This document shows positions 38,501 to 53,939 of a stretch of 64,000 nt of DNA, one piece after another. Location of the stretch: contig JBHGNT010000047.1 in the NCBI GenBank assembly GCA_043228905.1, positions 62,001 through 126,000 on the forward strand. Reading direction: 5' to 3'. Within the stretch, counting starts at the first letter, position 1, and each line of letters opens with the position of its first letter. The notes under the pieces are model-generated. The model did not search any database. It had not been told where the DNA came from and saw only the letters and a program-made list of their open reading frames with translations. Source of the DNA: Azolla caroliniana. Lineage: Eukaryota > Plantae > Polypodiophyta. Position numbers and translations under genes: made by a program.

Positions 38501-41500
38501 GCTAGCTATGATATGGAATTAAAAAATCAAGATTTTGAAACTTAGGTCGAGAGACATAAAGAAATTACCAAATTTGAGGAGGGAGTTTAGAAGAGCCCTT
38601 CAGCAAATTAAAATGTTCATACCTGGCTCGTGTGATATCGGATTTCTGTGTTCAAACATGGGAATCGGAGCTAACAACGCTATCTATGATATGGAATGAA
38701 AAAATCAAGATTTTGAAACTCAGGTCGAGAGACATGAAGAAATTACCAAATTTGAGGAGGGAGTTGAGTAGGGCGAATGAGCAAATTAAAATGTTCATAC
38801 CTCGCTCGTGTGAGATCGGATTTCTGTGTGCAAACATGGGAATCGGAGCTAACAATGCTAGCTATGATATGGAATGAAAAAATCAAGATTTTGAAACTCA
38901 GGTCGAGAGACGTGACGAAATTAGCAAATTTGAGGAAGGAGTTGAGTAGGGCGAATGAGTAAATTAAATTGTTCATACCTCGCTCGTGTGATATCGGATT
39001 TCTGTGTTCAAACATGCGAATCGAAGCTAACAACGCTAGCTATGATATGGAATTAAAAAATCAAGATTTTGAAACTTAGGTCGATAGACATGAAGACATT
39101 ACCAAATTTGAGGAGGGAGTTGAGTAGGGCGAATGAGTAGATTAAAATGTTCATACTTCGCTCGTGTGATATCGGATTTCTTTGTTCAAACATGCGAATC
39201 AAAGCTAACAACGCTAGCTATGATATGGACTTAAAAAATCAAGATTTTGAAACTTAGGTCGAGAGACATGAAGAAATTACCAAATTTGAGGAGGGAGTTT
39301 AGAAGAGCCCTTCAGCAAATTAAAATGTTCATACCTGGCTCGTGTGATATCGGATTTCTGTGTTCAAACATGGGAATCGGAGCTAACAACGCTATCTATG
39401 ATATGGAATGAAAAAATCAAGATTTTGAAACTCAGGTCGAGAGACGTGACGAAATTAGCAAATTTGAGGAGGGAGTTGAGTAGGGCGAATGAGTAAATTA
39501 AAATGTTGATACCTCGCTCGTGTGATATCGGATTTCTGTGTTCAAACATGCGAATCGAAGCTAACAACGCTAGCTATGATATGGAATTAAAAAAGCAACA
39601 TTTTGAAGCTTAGGTCGATAGTCATGAAGACATTACCAAATTTGAGGAGGGAGTTGAGTAGGGCGAATGAGTAGATTAAAATGTTCATACTTCGCTCGTG
39701 TGATATCGGATTTCTTTGTTCAAACCTGCGAATCAAAGCTAACAACGCTAGCTATGATATGGAATTAAAAAATCAAGATTTTGAATCTTAGGTCTAGAGA
39801 CATGAACAAATTACCAAATTTGAGGAGGGAGTTGAGTAGGGCGACTGAGTAAATTAAATTGTTCATAAATCGCTCGTGTGAGATCGGATTTCTGTGTTCA
39901 AACATGGGAATCGGAGCTAACAATGCTAGCTATGATATGGAATGAAAAAATCAAGATTTTGAAACTCAGGTCGAGAGACGTGACGAAATTAGCAAATTTG
40001 AGGAAGGAGTTGAGTAGGGCGAATGAGAAAATTCAATTGTTCATACCTCGCTCGTGTGATATCGGATTTGTGTGTTCAAACATGCGAATCGAAGCTAACA
40101 ACGCTAGCTATGATATGGAATTAAAAAACCAAGATTTTGAAACTCAGGTCGAGAGACATGAGGAAATTACCAAAGTTGACGAGGGAGTTGACAAGAGCCC
40201 TTGAGCAAATTGAAATGTTCATACCTGGCTCGTGTGATATCGGATTTCTGTGTTCAAACATGGAAATCGGAGCTAACAACGCTAGCTATGATATGGATTT
40301 AAAAAATCAAGATTTTGAAACTTAGGTCGAGAGACATGAAGAAATTACCAAATTTGAGGAGGGAGTTGAGTTGGGCGAATGAGTAAAATAAAATGTTCAT
40401 ACCTCGCTCGTGTGATATCGGATTTGTGTGTTCAAACATGGGAAGAGGAGATAACAACGCTAGTTATGATATGGAATTAAAAAATCAAGATTTTGAAACT
40501 CAGGTCGAGAGACATGAAGAAATTACCAAATTTGAGGAGGGAGTTGAGTAGGGCGAATGAGAAAATTCAATTGTTCATACCTCGCTCGTGTGATATCGGA
40601 TTTGTGTGTTCAAACATGCGAATCGAAGCTAACAACGCTAGCTATGATATGGAATTAAAAAATCAAGATTTTGAAACTTAGGTCGAGAGACATAAAGAAA
40701 TTACCAAATTTAAGGAGGGAGTTGAGTAGGGCGAATGAGTAAATTAAATTGTTCATACCTCGCTGGTGTGATATCGGATTTGTGTGTTCAAACCTGCGAA
40801 TCGAAGCTAACAATGCTAGCTATGATATGGAATTAAAAAATCAAGATTTTGAAACTCAGGTCGAGAGACATGACGAAAATAGCAACCTTGATAAGGGAGT
40901 TGAGAGGAGCCCTTGAGTAAATTAAAATGTTCATACCTAGCTCGTGTGATATCGGATTTTTGTGTTCAAACATGCCAATCGAAGCTAACAACGCTAGTTA
41001 TGATATGGATTTAAAAAATCAAGATTTTGAAACTCAGGTCGAGAAACATGACGAAATTACCAAATTTGAGGTGTGAGTTGAGAAGAGCTAGTAGGTAAAT
41101 TTAAATGTTCATACCTGGCAACTGTGATATCGGATTTTTATGTTCAAACATGCGAATCGAAGCTAACAACGCTAGCTATGATATGGAATTAAAAAATCAA
41201 GATTTTGAAACTCAGATCGAGTGACATGATGAAATTAGCAACCTTGACAAGGGAGTTGAGTAGGGCGAATGAGTAAATTAAATTGTTCATTCCTCGCTGG
41301 TGTGATATCGGATTTGTGTGTTCAAACATGCGAATCGAAGCTAACAATGCTAGTTATGATATGGAATTAAAAAATCAAGATTTTCAAACTTAGATCGAGA
41401 GACATGACAAAATTACCAAATTTGAGGACGGAGTCTAGTAGGGCGATTGAGTAAATTAAATTGTTCATACCTCGCTCGTGTGATATCGGATTTGTGTGTT

Positions 41501-42260
41501 CAAACATGCGAATCGAAGCTAACAACGCTAGCTATGATATGGAATTAAAAAATCAAGATTTTGAAAGTTAGGTTGAGAGACATGAAGAAATTACCAAATT
41601 TGAGGAGGGAGTTGAGTAGGGCGAAGGAGTAATTTAAAATGTTCATACCTCGCTCGTGTGATATCGGATTTCTCAGTTCAAACATGCGAATCGTAGCTAA
41701 CAACGCTAGCTATGATATGGAATTAAAATATCAAGATTTTGAAACTCAGGTCGAGAGACATGAAGAAATTACCAAATTTGAGGAAGGAGTTGAGTAGGGC
41801 GAAGGAGTAATTTAAAATGTTCATACCTGGCTCGTGTGATATCGGATTTCTGTGTTCAAAAATGGAAATCGGAGCTAACAACGCTAGCTATGATATGGAT
41901 TTAAAAAATCAAGATTTTGAAACTTAGGTCGAGAGACATGAAGAAATTACCAAATTTGAGGAGGGAGTTGAGTTGGGCGAATGAGTAAAATAAAATGTTC
42001 ATACCTCGCTCGTGTGATATCGGATTTGTGTGTTCAAACATGGGAATAGGAGATAACAACGCTAGTTATGATATGGAATTAAAAAATCAAGATTTTGAAA
42101 CTCAGGTCGAGAGACATGAAGAAATTACCAAATTTGAGGAGGGAGTTGAGTAGGGCGAATGAGAAAATTCAATTGTTCATACCTCGCTCGTGTGATATCG
42201 GATTTGTGTGTTCAAACATGCGAATCGAAGCTTACAACGCTAGCTATGATATGGAATTAA
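35600..42260 (+). repeat. 23-mer block duplication (offset 4094) whose second copy lacks two monomers (offset drops to 3738)
   Basis: 35784->39878 and 36399->40493 are 4094 = 23x178. 38357->42095 is 3738 = 21x178. The junction at ~41250 (CTTGACAAGGGAGTTGAGTAGGG) differs from ~37160 (CTTGACAAGGGAGTTGAGAGGAGCCC). Confidence 0.85.
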
Positions 42261-45100
42261 AAAATCAAGATTTTGAAAGTTAGGTTGAGAGACATGAAGA
42301 AATTACCAAATTTGAGGAGGGAGTTGAGTAGGGCGAAGGAGTAATTTAAAATGTTCATACCTCGCTCGTGTGATATCGGATTTCTCAGTTCAAACATGCG
42401 AATCGTAGCTAACAACGCTAGCTATGATATGGAATTAAAATATCAAGATTTTGAAACTCAGGTCGAGAGACATGAAGAAATTACCAAATTTGAGGAGGGA
42501 GTTGAGTAGGGCGAAGGAGTAATTTAAAATGTTCATACCTGGCTCGTGTGATATCGGATTTCTGTGTTCAAACATGGAAATCGAAGCTAACAACGCTAGC
42601 TATGATATGGAATTAAAAAATCAAGATTTTGAAACTAAGGTCGTGAGACATGGAGAAATTAACAAATTTGAGGAGGGAGTTGAGTAGGGCGAATGAGTAA
42701 AATAAAATGTTCATACCTCGCTCGTGTGATATCGGATTTGTGTGTTCAAACATGGGAATAGGAGATAACAACGCTAGTTATGATATGGAATTAAAAAATC
42801 AAGATTTTGAAACTCAGATCGAGAGACATGAAGAAATTACCAAATTTGAGGAGGGAGTTGAGTAGGGCGAATGAGAAAATTCAATTGTTCATACCTCGCT
42901 CGTGTGATATCGGATTTGTATGTTCAAACATGCGAATCGAAGCTTACAACGCTAGCTATGATATGGAATTAAAAAATCAAGATTTTGAAAGTTAGGTTGA
43001 GAGACATGAAGAAATTACCAAATTTGAGGAGGGAGTTGAGTAGGGCGAAGGAGTAATTTAAAATGTTCATACCTCGCTCGTGTGATATCGGATTTCTCAG
43101 TTCAAACATGCGAATCGTAGCTAACAACGCTAGCTATGATATGGAATTAAAATATCAAGATTTTGAAACTCAGGTCGAGAGACATGAAGAAATTACCAAA
43201 TTTGAGGAGGGAGTTGAGTAGGGCGAAGGAGTAATTTAAAATGTTCATACCTGGCTCGTGTGATATCGGATTTCTGTGTTCAAACATGGAAATCGAAGCT
43301 AACAACGCTAGCTATGATATGGAATTAAAAAATCAAGATTTTGAAACTAAGGTCGTGAGACATGGAGAAATTAACAAATTTGAGGAGGGAGTTGAGTAGG
43401 GCGAATGAGTAAAATAAAATGTTCATACCTCGCTCGTGTGATATCGGATTTGTGTGTTCAAACATGGGAATAGGAGATAACAACGCTAGTTATGATATGG
43501 AATTAAAAAATCAAGATTTTGAAACTCAGATCGAGAGACATGAAGAAATTACCAAATTTGAGGAGGGAGTTGAGTAGGGCGAATGAGAAAATTCAATTGT
43601 TCATACCTCGCTCGTGTGATATCGGATTTGTGTGTTCAAACATGCGAATCGAAGCTTACAACGCTAGCTATGATATGGACTTAAAAAATCAAGATTTTGA
43701 AACTTAGGTCGAGAGACATAAAGAAATTACCAAATTTGAGGAGGGAGTTTAGAAGAGCCCTTCAGCAAATTAAAATGTTCATACCTGGCTCGTGTGATAT
43801 CGGATTTCTGTGTTCAAACATGGGAATCGGAGCTAACAACGCTATCTATGATATGGAATGAAAAAATCAAGATTTTGAAACTCAGGTCGAGAGACATGAA
43901 GAAATTACCAAATTTGAGGAGGGAGTTGAGTAGGGCGAATGAGCAAATTAAAATGTTCATACCTCGCTCGTGTGAGATCGGATTTCTGTGTGCAAACATG
44001 GGAATCGGAGCTAACAATGCTAGCTATGATATGGAATGAAAAAATCAAGATTTTGAAACTCAGGTCGAGAGACGTGACGAAATTAGCAAATTTGAGGAAG
44101 GAGTTGAGTAGGGCGAATGAGTAAATTAAATTGTTCATACCTCGCTCGTGTGATATCGGATTTCTGTGTTCAAACATGCGAATCGAAGCTAACAACGCTA
44201 GCTATGATATGGAATTAAAAAATCAAGATTTTGAAACTTAGGTCGATAGACATGAAGACATTACCAAATTTGAGGAGGGAGTTGAGTAGGGCGAATGAGT
44301 AGATTAAAATGTTCATACTTCGCTCGTGTGATATCGGATTTCTTTGTTCAAACATGCGAATCAAAGCTAACAACGCTAGCTATGATATGGACTTAAGAAA
44401 TCAAGATTTTGAAACTTAGGTCGAGAGACATAAAGAAATTACCAAATTTGAGGAGGGAGTTTAGAAGAGCCCTTCAGCAAATTAAAATGTTCATACCTGG
44501 CTCGTGTGATATCGGATTTCTGTGTTCAAACATGGGAATCGGAGCTAACAACGCTATCTATGATATGGAATGAAAAAATCAAGATTTTGAAACTCAGGTC
44601 GAGAGACATGAAGAAATTACCAAATTTGAGGAGGGAGTTGAGTAGGGCGAATGAGCAAATTAAAATGTTCATACCTCGCTCGTGTGAGATCGGATTTCTG
44701 TGTGCAAACATGGGAATCGGAGCTAACAATGCTAGCTATGATATGGAATGAAAAAATCAAGATTTTGAAACTCAGGTCGAGAGACGTGACGAAATTAGCA
44801 AATTTGAGGAAGGAGTTGAGTAGGGCGAATGAGTAAATTAAATTGTTCATACCTCGCTCGTGTGATATCGGATTTCTGTGTTCAAACATGCGAATCGAAG
44901 CTAACAACGCTAGCTATGATATGGAATTAAAAAATCAAGATTTTGAAACTTAGGTCGATAGACATGAAGACATTACCAAATTTGAGGAGGGAGTTGAGTA
45001 GGGCGAATGAGTAGATTAAAATGTTCATACTTCGCTCGTGTGATATCGGATTTCTTTGTTCAAACATGCGAATCAAAGCTAACAACGCTAGCTATGATAT
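41560..45100 (+). repeat. Two adjacent runs of 4-mer (712 bp) higher-order repeats
   Basis: 42095->42807->43519 steps by 712 (GGAATAGGAGATAAC / GAAGCTTACAAC type). 43794->44506 is 712 (CCCTTCAGC / GCTATCTATG type), as are 46286->46998, 49668->50380 and 17429->18141. Confidence 0.85.
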
Positions 45101-45689
45101 GGAATTAAAAAATCAAGATTTTGAATCTTAGGTCTAGAGACATGAACAAATTACCAAATTTGAGGAGGGAGTTGAGTAGGGCGACTGAGTAAATTAAATT
45201 GTTTATAAATCGCTCGTGTGAGATCGGATTTCTGTGTTCAAACATGGGAATCGGAGCTAACAATGCTAGCTATGATATGGAATGAAAAAATCAAGATTTT
45301 GAAACTCAGGTCGAGAGACGTGACGAAATTAGCAAATTTGAGGAAGGAGTTGAGTAGGGCGAATGAGAAAATTCAATTGTTCATACCTCGCTCGTGTGAT
45401 ATCGGATTTGTGTGTTCAAACATGCGAATCGAAGCTTACAACGCTAGCTATGATATGGAATTAAAAAATCAAGATTTTGAAACTCAGGTCGAGAGACATG
45501 AGGAAATTACCAAAGTTGACGAGGGAGTTGAGTACGGCGAATGAGCAAATTAAAATGTTCATACCTCACTCGTGTGAGATCCGATTTCTGTGTTCAAACA
45601 TGCGAATCGAAGCTAACAACGCTAGCTATGATATGGAATTAAAATATCAAGATTTTGAAACTCAGGTCGAGAGACATGAAGAAATTACC

Positions 45690-48600
45690 AAATTTGAGGA
45701 GGGAGTTGAGTAGGGCGAAGGAGTAATTTAAAATGTTCATACCTGGCTCGTGTGATATCGGATTTCTGTGTTCAAACATGGAAATCGAAGCTAACAACGC
45801 TAGCTATGATATGGAATTAAAAAATCAAGATTTTGAAACTAAGGTCGTGAGACATGGAGAAATTAACAAATTTGAGGAGGGAGTTGAGTAGGGCGAATGA
45901 GTAAAATAAAATGTTCATACCTCGCTCGTGTGATATCGGATTTGTGTGTTCAAACATGGGAATAGGAGATAACAACGCTAGTTATGATATGGAATTAAAA
46001 AATCAAGATTTTGAAACTCAGATCGAGAGACATGAAGAAATTACCAAATTTGAGGAGGGAGTTGAGTAGGGCGAATGAGAAAATTCAATTGTTCATACCT
46101 CGCTCGTGTGATATCGGATTTGTGTGTTCAAACATGCGAATCGAAGCTTACAACGCTAGCTATGATATGGAATTAAAAAATCAAGATTTTGAAACTTAGG
46201 TCGAGAGACATAAAGAAATTACCAAATTTGAGGAGGGAGTTTAGAAGAGCCCTTCAGCAAATTAAAATGTTCATACCTGGCTCGTGTGATATCGGATTTC
46301 TGTGTTCAAACATGGGAATCGGAGCTAACAACGCTATCTATGATATGGAATGAAAAAATCAAGATTTTGAAACTCAGGTCGAGAGACATGAAGAAATTAC
46401 CAAATTTGAGGAGGGAGTTGAGTAGGGCGAATGAGCAAATTAAAATGTTCATACCTCGCTCGTGTGAGATCGGATTTCTGTGTGCAAACATGGGAATCGG
46501 AGCTAACAATGCTAGCTATGATATGGAATGAAAAAATCAAGATTTTGAAACTCAGGTCGAGAGACGTGACGAAATTAGCAAATTTGAGGAAGGAGTTGAG
46601 TAGGGCGAATGAGTAAATTAAATTGTTCATACCTCGCTCGTGTGATATCGGATTTCTGTGTTCAAACATGCGAATCGAAGCTAACAACGCTAGCTATGAT
46701 ATGGAATTAAAAAATCAAGATTTTGAAACTTAGGTCGATAGACATGAAGACATTACCAAATTTGAGGAGGGAGTTGAGTAGGGCGAATGAGTAGATTAAA
46801 ATGTTCATACTTCGCTCGTGTGATATCGGATTTCTTTGTTCAAACATGCGAATCAAAGCTAACAACGCTAGCTATGATATGGACTTAAAAAATCAAGATT
46901 TTGAAACTTAGGTCGAGAGACATAAAGAAATTACCAAATTTGAGGAGGGAGTTTAGAAGAGCCCTTCAGCAAATTAAAATGTTCATACCTGGCTCGTGTG
47001 ATATCGGATTTCTGTGTTCAAACATGGGAATCGGAGCTAACAACGCTATCTATGATATGGAATGAAAAAATCAAGATTTTGAAACTCAGGTCGAGAGACA
47101 TGAAGGAATTACCAAATTTGAGGAGGGAGTTGAGTAGGGCGAATGAGCAAATTAAAATGTTCATACCTCGCTCGTGTGAGATCGGATTTCTGTGTGCAAA
47201 CATGGGAATCGGAGCTAACAATGCTAGCTATGATATGGAATGAAAAAATCAAGATTTTGAAACTCAGGTCGAGAGACGTGACGAAATTAGCAAATTTGAG
47301 GAAGGAGTTGAGTAGGGCGAATGAGTAAATTAAATTGTTCATACCTCGCTCGTGTGATATCGGATTTCTGTGTTCAAACATGCGAATCGAAGCTAACAAC
47401 GCTAGCTATGATATGGAATTAAAAAATCAAGATTTTGAAACTTAGGTCGATAGACATGAAGACATTACCAAATTTAAGGAGGGAGTTGAGTAGGGCGAAT
47501 GAGTAGATTAAAATGTTCATACTTCGCTCGTGTGATATCGGATTTCTTTGTTCAAACATGCGAATCAAAGCTAACAACGCTAGCTATGATATGGAATTAA
47601 AAAATCAAGATTTTGAATCTTAGGTCTAGAGACATGAACAAATTACCAAATTTGAGGAGGGAGTTGAGTAGGGCGACTGAGTAAATTAAATTGTTCATAA
47701 ATCGCTCGTGTGAGATCGGATTTCTGTGTTCAAACATGGGAATCGGAGCTAACAATGCTAGCTATGATATGGAATGAAAAAATCAAGATTTTGAAACTCA
47801 GGTCGAGAGACGTGACGAAATTAGCAAATTTGAGGAAGGAGTTGAGTAGGGCGAATGAGAAAATTCAATTGTTCATACCTCGCTCGTGTGATATCGGATT
47901 TGTGTGTTCAAACATGCGAATCGAAGCTAACAACGCTAGCTATGATATGGAATTAAAAAATCAAGATTTTGAAACTCAGGTCGAGAGACATGAGGAAATT
48001 ACCAAAGTTGACGAGGGAGTTGAGTACGGCGAATGAGCAAATTAAAATGTTCATACCTCACTCGTGTGAGATCCGATTTCTGTGTTCAAACATGCGAATC
48101 GAAGCTAACAACGCTAGCTATGATATGGAATTAAAAAATCAACATTTTGAAACTCAGGTCGAGAGACATGAGGAAATTAGCAAATTTGAGGAGGGAGTTG
48201 AGGAGGGCGAATGAGTAAATTAAATTGTTTATACCTCGCTTGTGTGATATCGGATTTTTCTGTTCAAACGTGCGAATCGAAGCTAACAACCCTAGCTATG
48301 ATATGGAATTAAAAAATCAACATTTTGAAACTCAGGTCGAGAGACATGACGAAATTAGCACATTTGAGGAGGGAGTTGAGTAGGGCGAATGAGTAAATTA
48401 AATTGTTCATACCTCGCTCGTGTGATATCCGATTTTTGTGTTCAAACATGTGAATCGAAGCTAACAACGCTAGCTATGATATGGAATTAAAAAATCAAGA
48501 ATTTGAAAGTTAGGTCGAGAGATATGAAGAAATTACCAAATTTGAGGAGGGAGTTGAGTAGGGCGAAGGAATAAATTAAAATGTTCATACCTCGCTCGTG

Positions 48601-51600
48601 TGATATCGGATTTCTCAGTTCAAACATGCGAATCGAAGCTACTAACGCTAGCTATGATATGAAATTCAAATATCAAGATTTTGAAACTTAGGTCGAGAGA
48701 TATGACAAATTTAGCAAATTTGAGGAGGGACTTGAGGAGGGCGAATGAGTAAATTAAAATTTTCATACCTCGCTCGTGTGATATCGGATTTCTCTGTTCA
48801 AACATGCGAATCGAAGCTAACAACGCTAGCTATGACATGGAATTAAAAAATCAAGATTTTGAAACTCAGGTCGAGAGACATGACGAAATTACCAAATTTG
48901 AGGAGGGACTTGAGTAGGGCGAATGAGTAAATCAAATTGTTCATACCTCGCTCGTGTGATATCGGATTTCTGTGTTCAAACATGGAAATCGAAGCTAACA
49001 ACGCTAGCTATGATATGGAATTAAAAAATCAAGATTTTGAAACTGAGGTCGTGAGACATAAAGAAATTACCAAATTTGAGGAGGGAGTTGAGTAGGGCGA
49101 AGGAGTAATTTAAAATGTTCATACCTGGCTCGTGTGATATCGGATTTCTGTGTTCAAACATGGAAATCGAAGCTAACAACGCTAGCTATGATATGGAATT
49201 AAAAAATCAAGATTTTGAAACTAAGGTCGTGAGACATGGAGAAATTAACAAATTTGAGGAGGGAGTTGAGTAGGGCGAATGAGTAAAATAAAATGTTCAT
49301 ACCTCGCTCGTGTGATATCGGATTTGTGTGTTCAAACATGGGAATAGGAGATAACAACGCTAGTTATGATATGGAATTAAAAAATCAAGATTTTGAAACT
49401 CAGATCGAGAGACATGAAGAAATTACCAAATTTGAGGAGGGAGTTGAGTAGGGCGAATGAGAAAATTCAATTGTTCATACCTCGCTCGTGTGATATCGGA
49501 TTTGTGTGTTCAAACATGCGAATCGAAGCTTACAACGCTAGCTATGATATGGAATTAAAAAATCAAGATTTTGAAACTTAGGTCGAGAGACATAAAGAAA
49601 TTACCAAATTTGAGGAGGGAGTTTAGAAGAGCCCTTCAGCAAATTAAAATGTTCATACCTGGCTCGTGTGATATCGGATTTCTGTGTTCAAACATGGGAA
49701 TCGGAGCTAACAACGCTATCTATGATATGGAATGAAAAAATCAAGATTTTGAAACTCAGGTCGAGAGACATGAAGAAATTACCAAATTTGAGGAGGGAGT
49801 TGAGTAGGGCGAATGAGCAAATTAAAATGTTCATACCTCGCTCGTGTGAGATCGGATTTCTGTGTGCAAACATGGGAATCGGAGCTAACAATGCTAGCTA
49901 TGATATGGAATGAAAAAATCAAGATTTTGAAACTCAGGTCGAGAGACGTGACGAAATTAGCAAATTTGAGGAAGGAGTTGAGTAGGGCGAATGAGTAAAT
50001 TAAATTGTTCATACCTCGCTCGTGTGATATCGGATTTCTGTGTTCAAACATGCGAATCGAAGCTAACAACGCTAGCTATGATATGGAATTAAAAAATCAA
50101 GATTTTGAAACTTAGGTCGATAGACATGAAGACATTACCAAATTTGAGGAGGGAGTTGAGTAGGGCGAATGAGTAGATTAAAATGTTCATACTTCGCTCG
50201 TGTGATATCGGATTTCTTTGTTCAAACATGCGAATCAAAGCTAACAACGCTAGCTATGATATGGACTTAAAAAATCAAGATTTTGAAACTTAGGTCGAGA
50301 GACATAAAGAAATTACCAAATTTGAGGAGGGAGTTTAGAAGAGCCCTTCAGCAAATTAAAATGTTCATACCTGGCTCGTGTGATATCGGATTTCTGTGTT
50401 CAAACATGGGAATCGGAGCTAACAACGCTATCTATGATATGGAATGAAAAAATCAAGATTTTGAAACTCAGGTCGAGAGACATGAAGGAATTACCAAATT
50501 TGAGGAGGGAGTTGAGTAGGGCGAATGAGCAAATTAAAATGTTCATACCTCGCTCGTGTGAGATCGGATTTCTGTGTGCAAACATGGGAATCGGAGCTAA
50601 CAATGCTAGCTATGATATGGAATGAAAAAATCAAGATTTTGAAACTCAGGTCGAGAGACGTGACGAAATTAGCAAATTTGAGGAAGGAGTTGAGTAGGGC
50701 GAATGAGTAAATTAAATTGTTCATACCTCGCTCGTGTGATATCGGATTTCTGTGTTCAAACATGCGAATCGAAGCTAACAACGCTAGCTATGATATGGAA
50801 TTAAAAAATCAAGATTTTGAAACTTAGGTCGATAGACATGAAGACATTACCAAATTTAAGGAGGGAGTTGAGTAGGGCGAATGAGTAGATTAAAATGTTC
50901 ATACTTCGCTCGTGTGATATCGGATTTCTTTGTTCAAACATGCGAATCAAAGCTAACAACGCTAGCTATGATATGGAATTAAAAAATCAAGATTTTGAAT
51001 CTTAGGTCTAGAGACATGAACAAATTACCAAATTTGAGGAGGGAGTTGAGTAGGGCGACTGAGTAAATTAAATTGTTCATAAATCGTTCGTGTGAGATCG
51101 GATTTCTGTGTTCAAACATGGGAATCGGAGCTAACAATGCTAGCTATGATATGGAATGAAAAAATCAAGATTTTGAAACTCAGGTCGAGAGACGTGACGA
51201 AATTAGCAAATTTGAGGAAGGAGTTGAGTAGGGCGAATGAGAAAATTCAATTGTTCATACCTCGCTCGTGTGATATCGGATTTGTGTGTTCAAACATGCG
51301 AATCGAAGCTAACAACGCTAGCTATGATATGGAATTAAAAAATCAAGATTTTGAAACTCAGGTCGAGAGACATGAGGAAATTACCAAAGTTGACGAGGGA
51401 GTTGAGTACGGCGAATGAGCAAATTAAAATGTTCATACCTCACTCGTGTGAGATCCGATTTCTGTGTTCAAACATGCGAATCGAAGCTAACAACGCTAGC
51501 TATGATATGGAATTAAAAAATCAACATTTTGAAACTCAGGTCGAGAGACATGAGGAAATTAGCAAATTTGAGGAGGGAGTTGAGGAGGGCGAATGAGTAA

Positions 51601-52440
51601 ATTAAATTGTTTATACCTCGCTTGTGTGATATCGGATTTTTCTGTTCAAACGTGCGAATCGAAGCTAACAACCCTAGCTATGATATGGAATTAAAAAATC
51701 AACATTTTGAAACTCAGGTCGAGAGACATGACGAAATTAGCACATTTGAGGAGGGAGTTGAGTAGGGCGAATGAGTAAATTAAATTGTTCATACCTCGCT
51801 CGTGTGATATCCGATTTTTGTGTTCAAACATGTGAATCGAAGCTAACAACGCTAGCTATGATATGGAATTAAAAAATCAAGAATTTGAAAGTTAGGTCGA
51901 GAGATATGAAGAAATTACCAAATTTGAGGAGGGAGTTGAGTAGGGCGAAGGAATAAATTAAAATGTTCATACCTCGCTCGTGTGATATCGGATTTCTCAG
52001 TTCAAACATGCGAATCGAAGCTACTAACGCTAGCTATGATATGAAATTCAAATATCAAGATTTTGAAACTTAGGTCGAGAGATATGACAAATTTAGCAAA
52101 TTTGAGGAGGGACTTGAGGAGGGCGAATGAGTAAATTAAAATTTTCATACCTCGCTCGTGTGATATCGGATTTCTCTGTTCAAACATGCGAATCGAAGCT
52201 AACAACGCTAGCTATGACATGGAATTAAAAAATCAAGATTTTGAAACTCAGGTCGAGAGACATGACGAAATTACCAAATTTGAGGAGGGACTTGAGTAGG
52301 GCGAATGAGTAAATCAAATTGTTCATACCTCGCTCGTGTGATATCGGATTTCTGTGTTCAAACATGGAAATCGAAGCTAACAACGCTAGCTATGATATGG
52401 AATTAAAAAATCAAGATTTTGAAACTGAGGTCGTGAGACA
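45690..52440 (+). repeat. Tandem duplication of a 19-mer (3382 bp)
   Basis: 46011->49393, 46998->50380, 47969->51351 and 48620->52002 are each 3382 = 19x178. Private variants are shared, e.g. CATGAAGGAATT and GCTACTAACGC. Confidence 0.9.
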
Positions 52441-53939
52441 TGAAAGAAATTACCAAATTTGAGGAGGGAGTTCAGTAGGGCGAATGAGTAAAATAAAATG
52501 TTCATACCTCGCTCGTGTGATATCGGATTTGTGTGTTCAAACATGCGAAACGAAGCTAACAACGCTAGCTATGATATGGAATTAAAAAATCAAAATTTTG
52601 ACACTTAGGTCGAGAGACATGACGGAAGTACCAAATTTGAGGAGGGAGTTGAGTAGGGCGAATGAGTAAATTAAAATGTTCATACTTCGCTCGTGTGATA
52701 TCGGATTTCTTTGTTCAAACATGCGAATCGAAGCTAACAACGCTAGCTATGATATGGAATTAAAAAATCAAGATTTTGAAACTTAGGTCGAGAGACATGA
52801 AGAAATTACCAAATATGAGGAGGGAGTTGAGTAGGGCGAAGGAGTAAATTAAAATGTTCATACCTCGCTCGTGTGATATCGGATTTGTGTGTTCAAACAT
52901 GCGGAACGAAGCTAACAACGCTAGCTATGATATGGAATTAAAAAATCAAAATTTTGAAACTTAGGTCGAGAGACATGACGGAAGTACCAAATTTGAGGAG
53001 GGAGTTGAGTAGGGCGAATGAGTAAATTAAAATGTTCATACTTCGCTCGTGTGATATCGGATTTCTTTGTTCAAACATGCGAATCGAAGCTAACAACGCT
53101 AGCTATGATATGGAATTAAAAAATCAAGATTTTGAAACTTAGGTCGAGAGACATGAAGAAATTACCAAATATGAGGAGGGAGTTGAGTAGGGCGAAGGAG
53201 TAAATTAAAATGTTCATACCTCGCTCGTCTGATATCGGATTTCTGTGTTCAAACATGGGAATCGGAGCTAACAACGCTAGCTATGATATGGAATTAAGAA
53301 ATCAAGATTTTGAAACTCAGGTCGAGAGACATGAAGAAATTACCAAATTTGAGGAGGGAGTTGAGTAGGGCGAATGAGCAAATTAAAATGTTCATACCCC
53401 ACTCGTGTGAGATCCGATTTCTGTGTTCAAACATGCGAAACGAAGCTAACAACGCTAGCTATGATATGGAATTAAAAAATCAACATTTGGAAACTCAGGT
53501 CGAGAGACATGACGAAATTAGCACATTTGAGGAGGGAGTTGAGTAGGGCGAATGAGTAAATTAAATTGTTCATACCTCGCTCGTGTGATATCCGATTTTT
53601 GTGTTCAAACATGGGAATCGAAGCTAACAACGCTAGCTATGATATGGAATTAAAAAATCAAGATTTTGAAAGTTAGGTCGAGAGACATGAAGAAATTACC
53701 AAATTTGAGGAGGGAGTTGAGTAGGGCGAAGGAGTAAATTAAAATGTTCATACCTCGCTCGTGTGATATCGGATTTCTGTGTTCAAACATGGGAATCGGA
53801 GCTAACAACGCTAGCTATGATATGGAATTAAAAAATCAAGATTTTGAAACTCAGGTCGAGAGACATGAAGAAATTACCAAATTTGAGGAGGGAGTTGAGT
53901 AGGGCGAATGAGCAAATTAAAATGTTCATACCTCACTCG

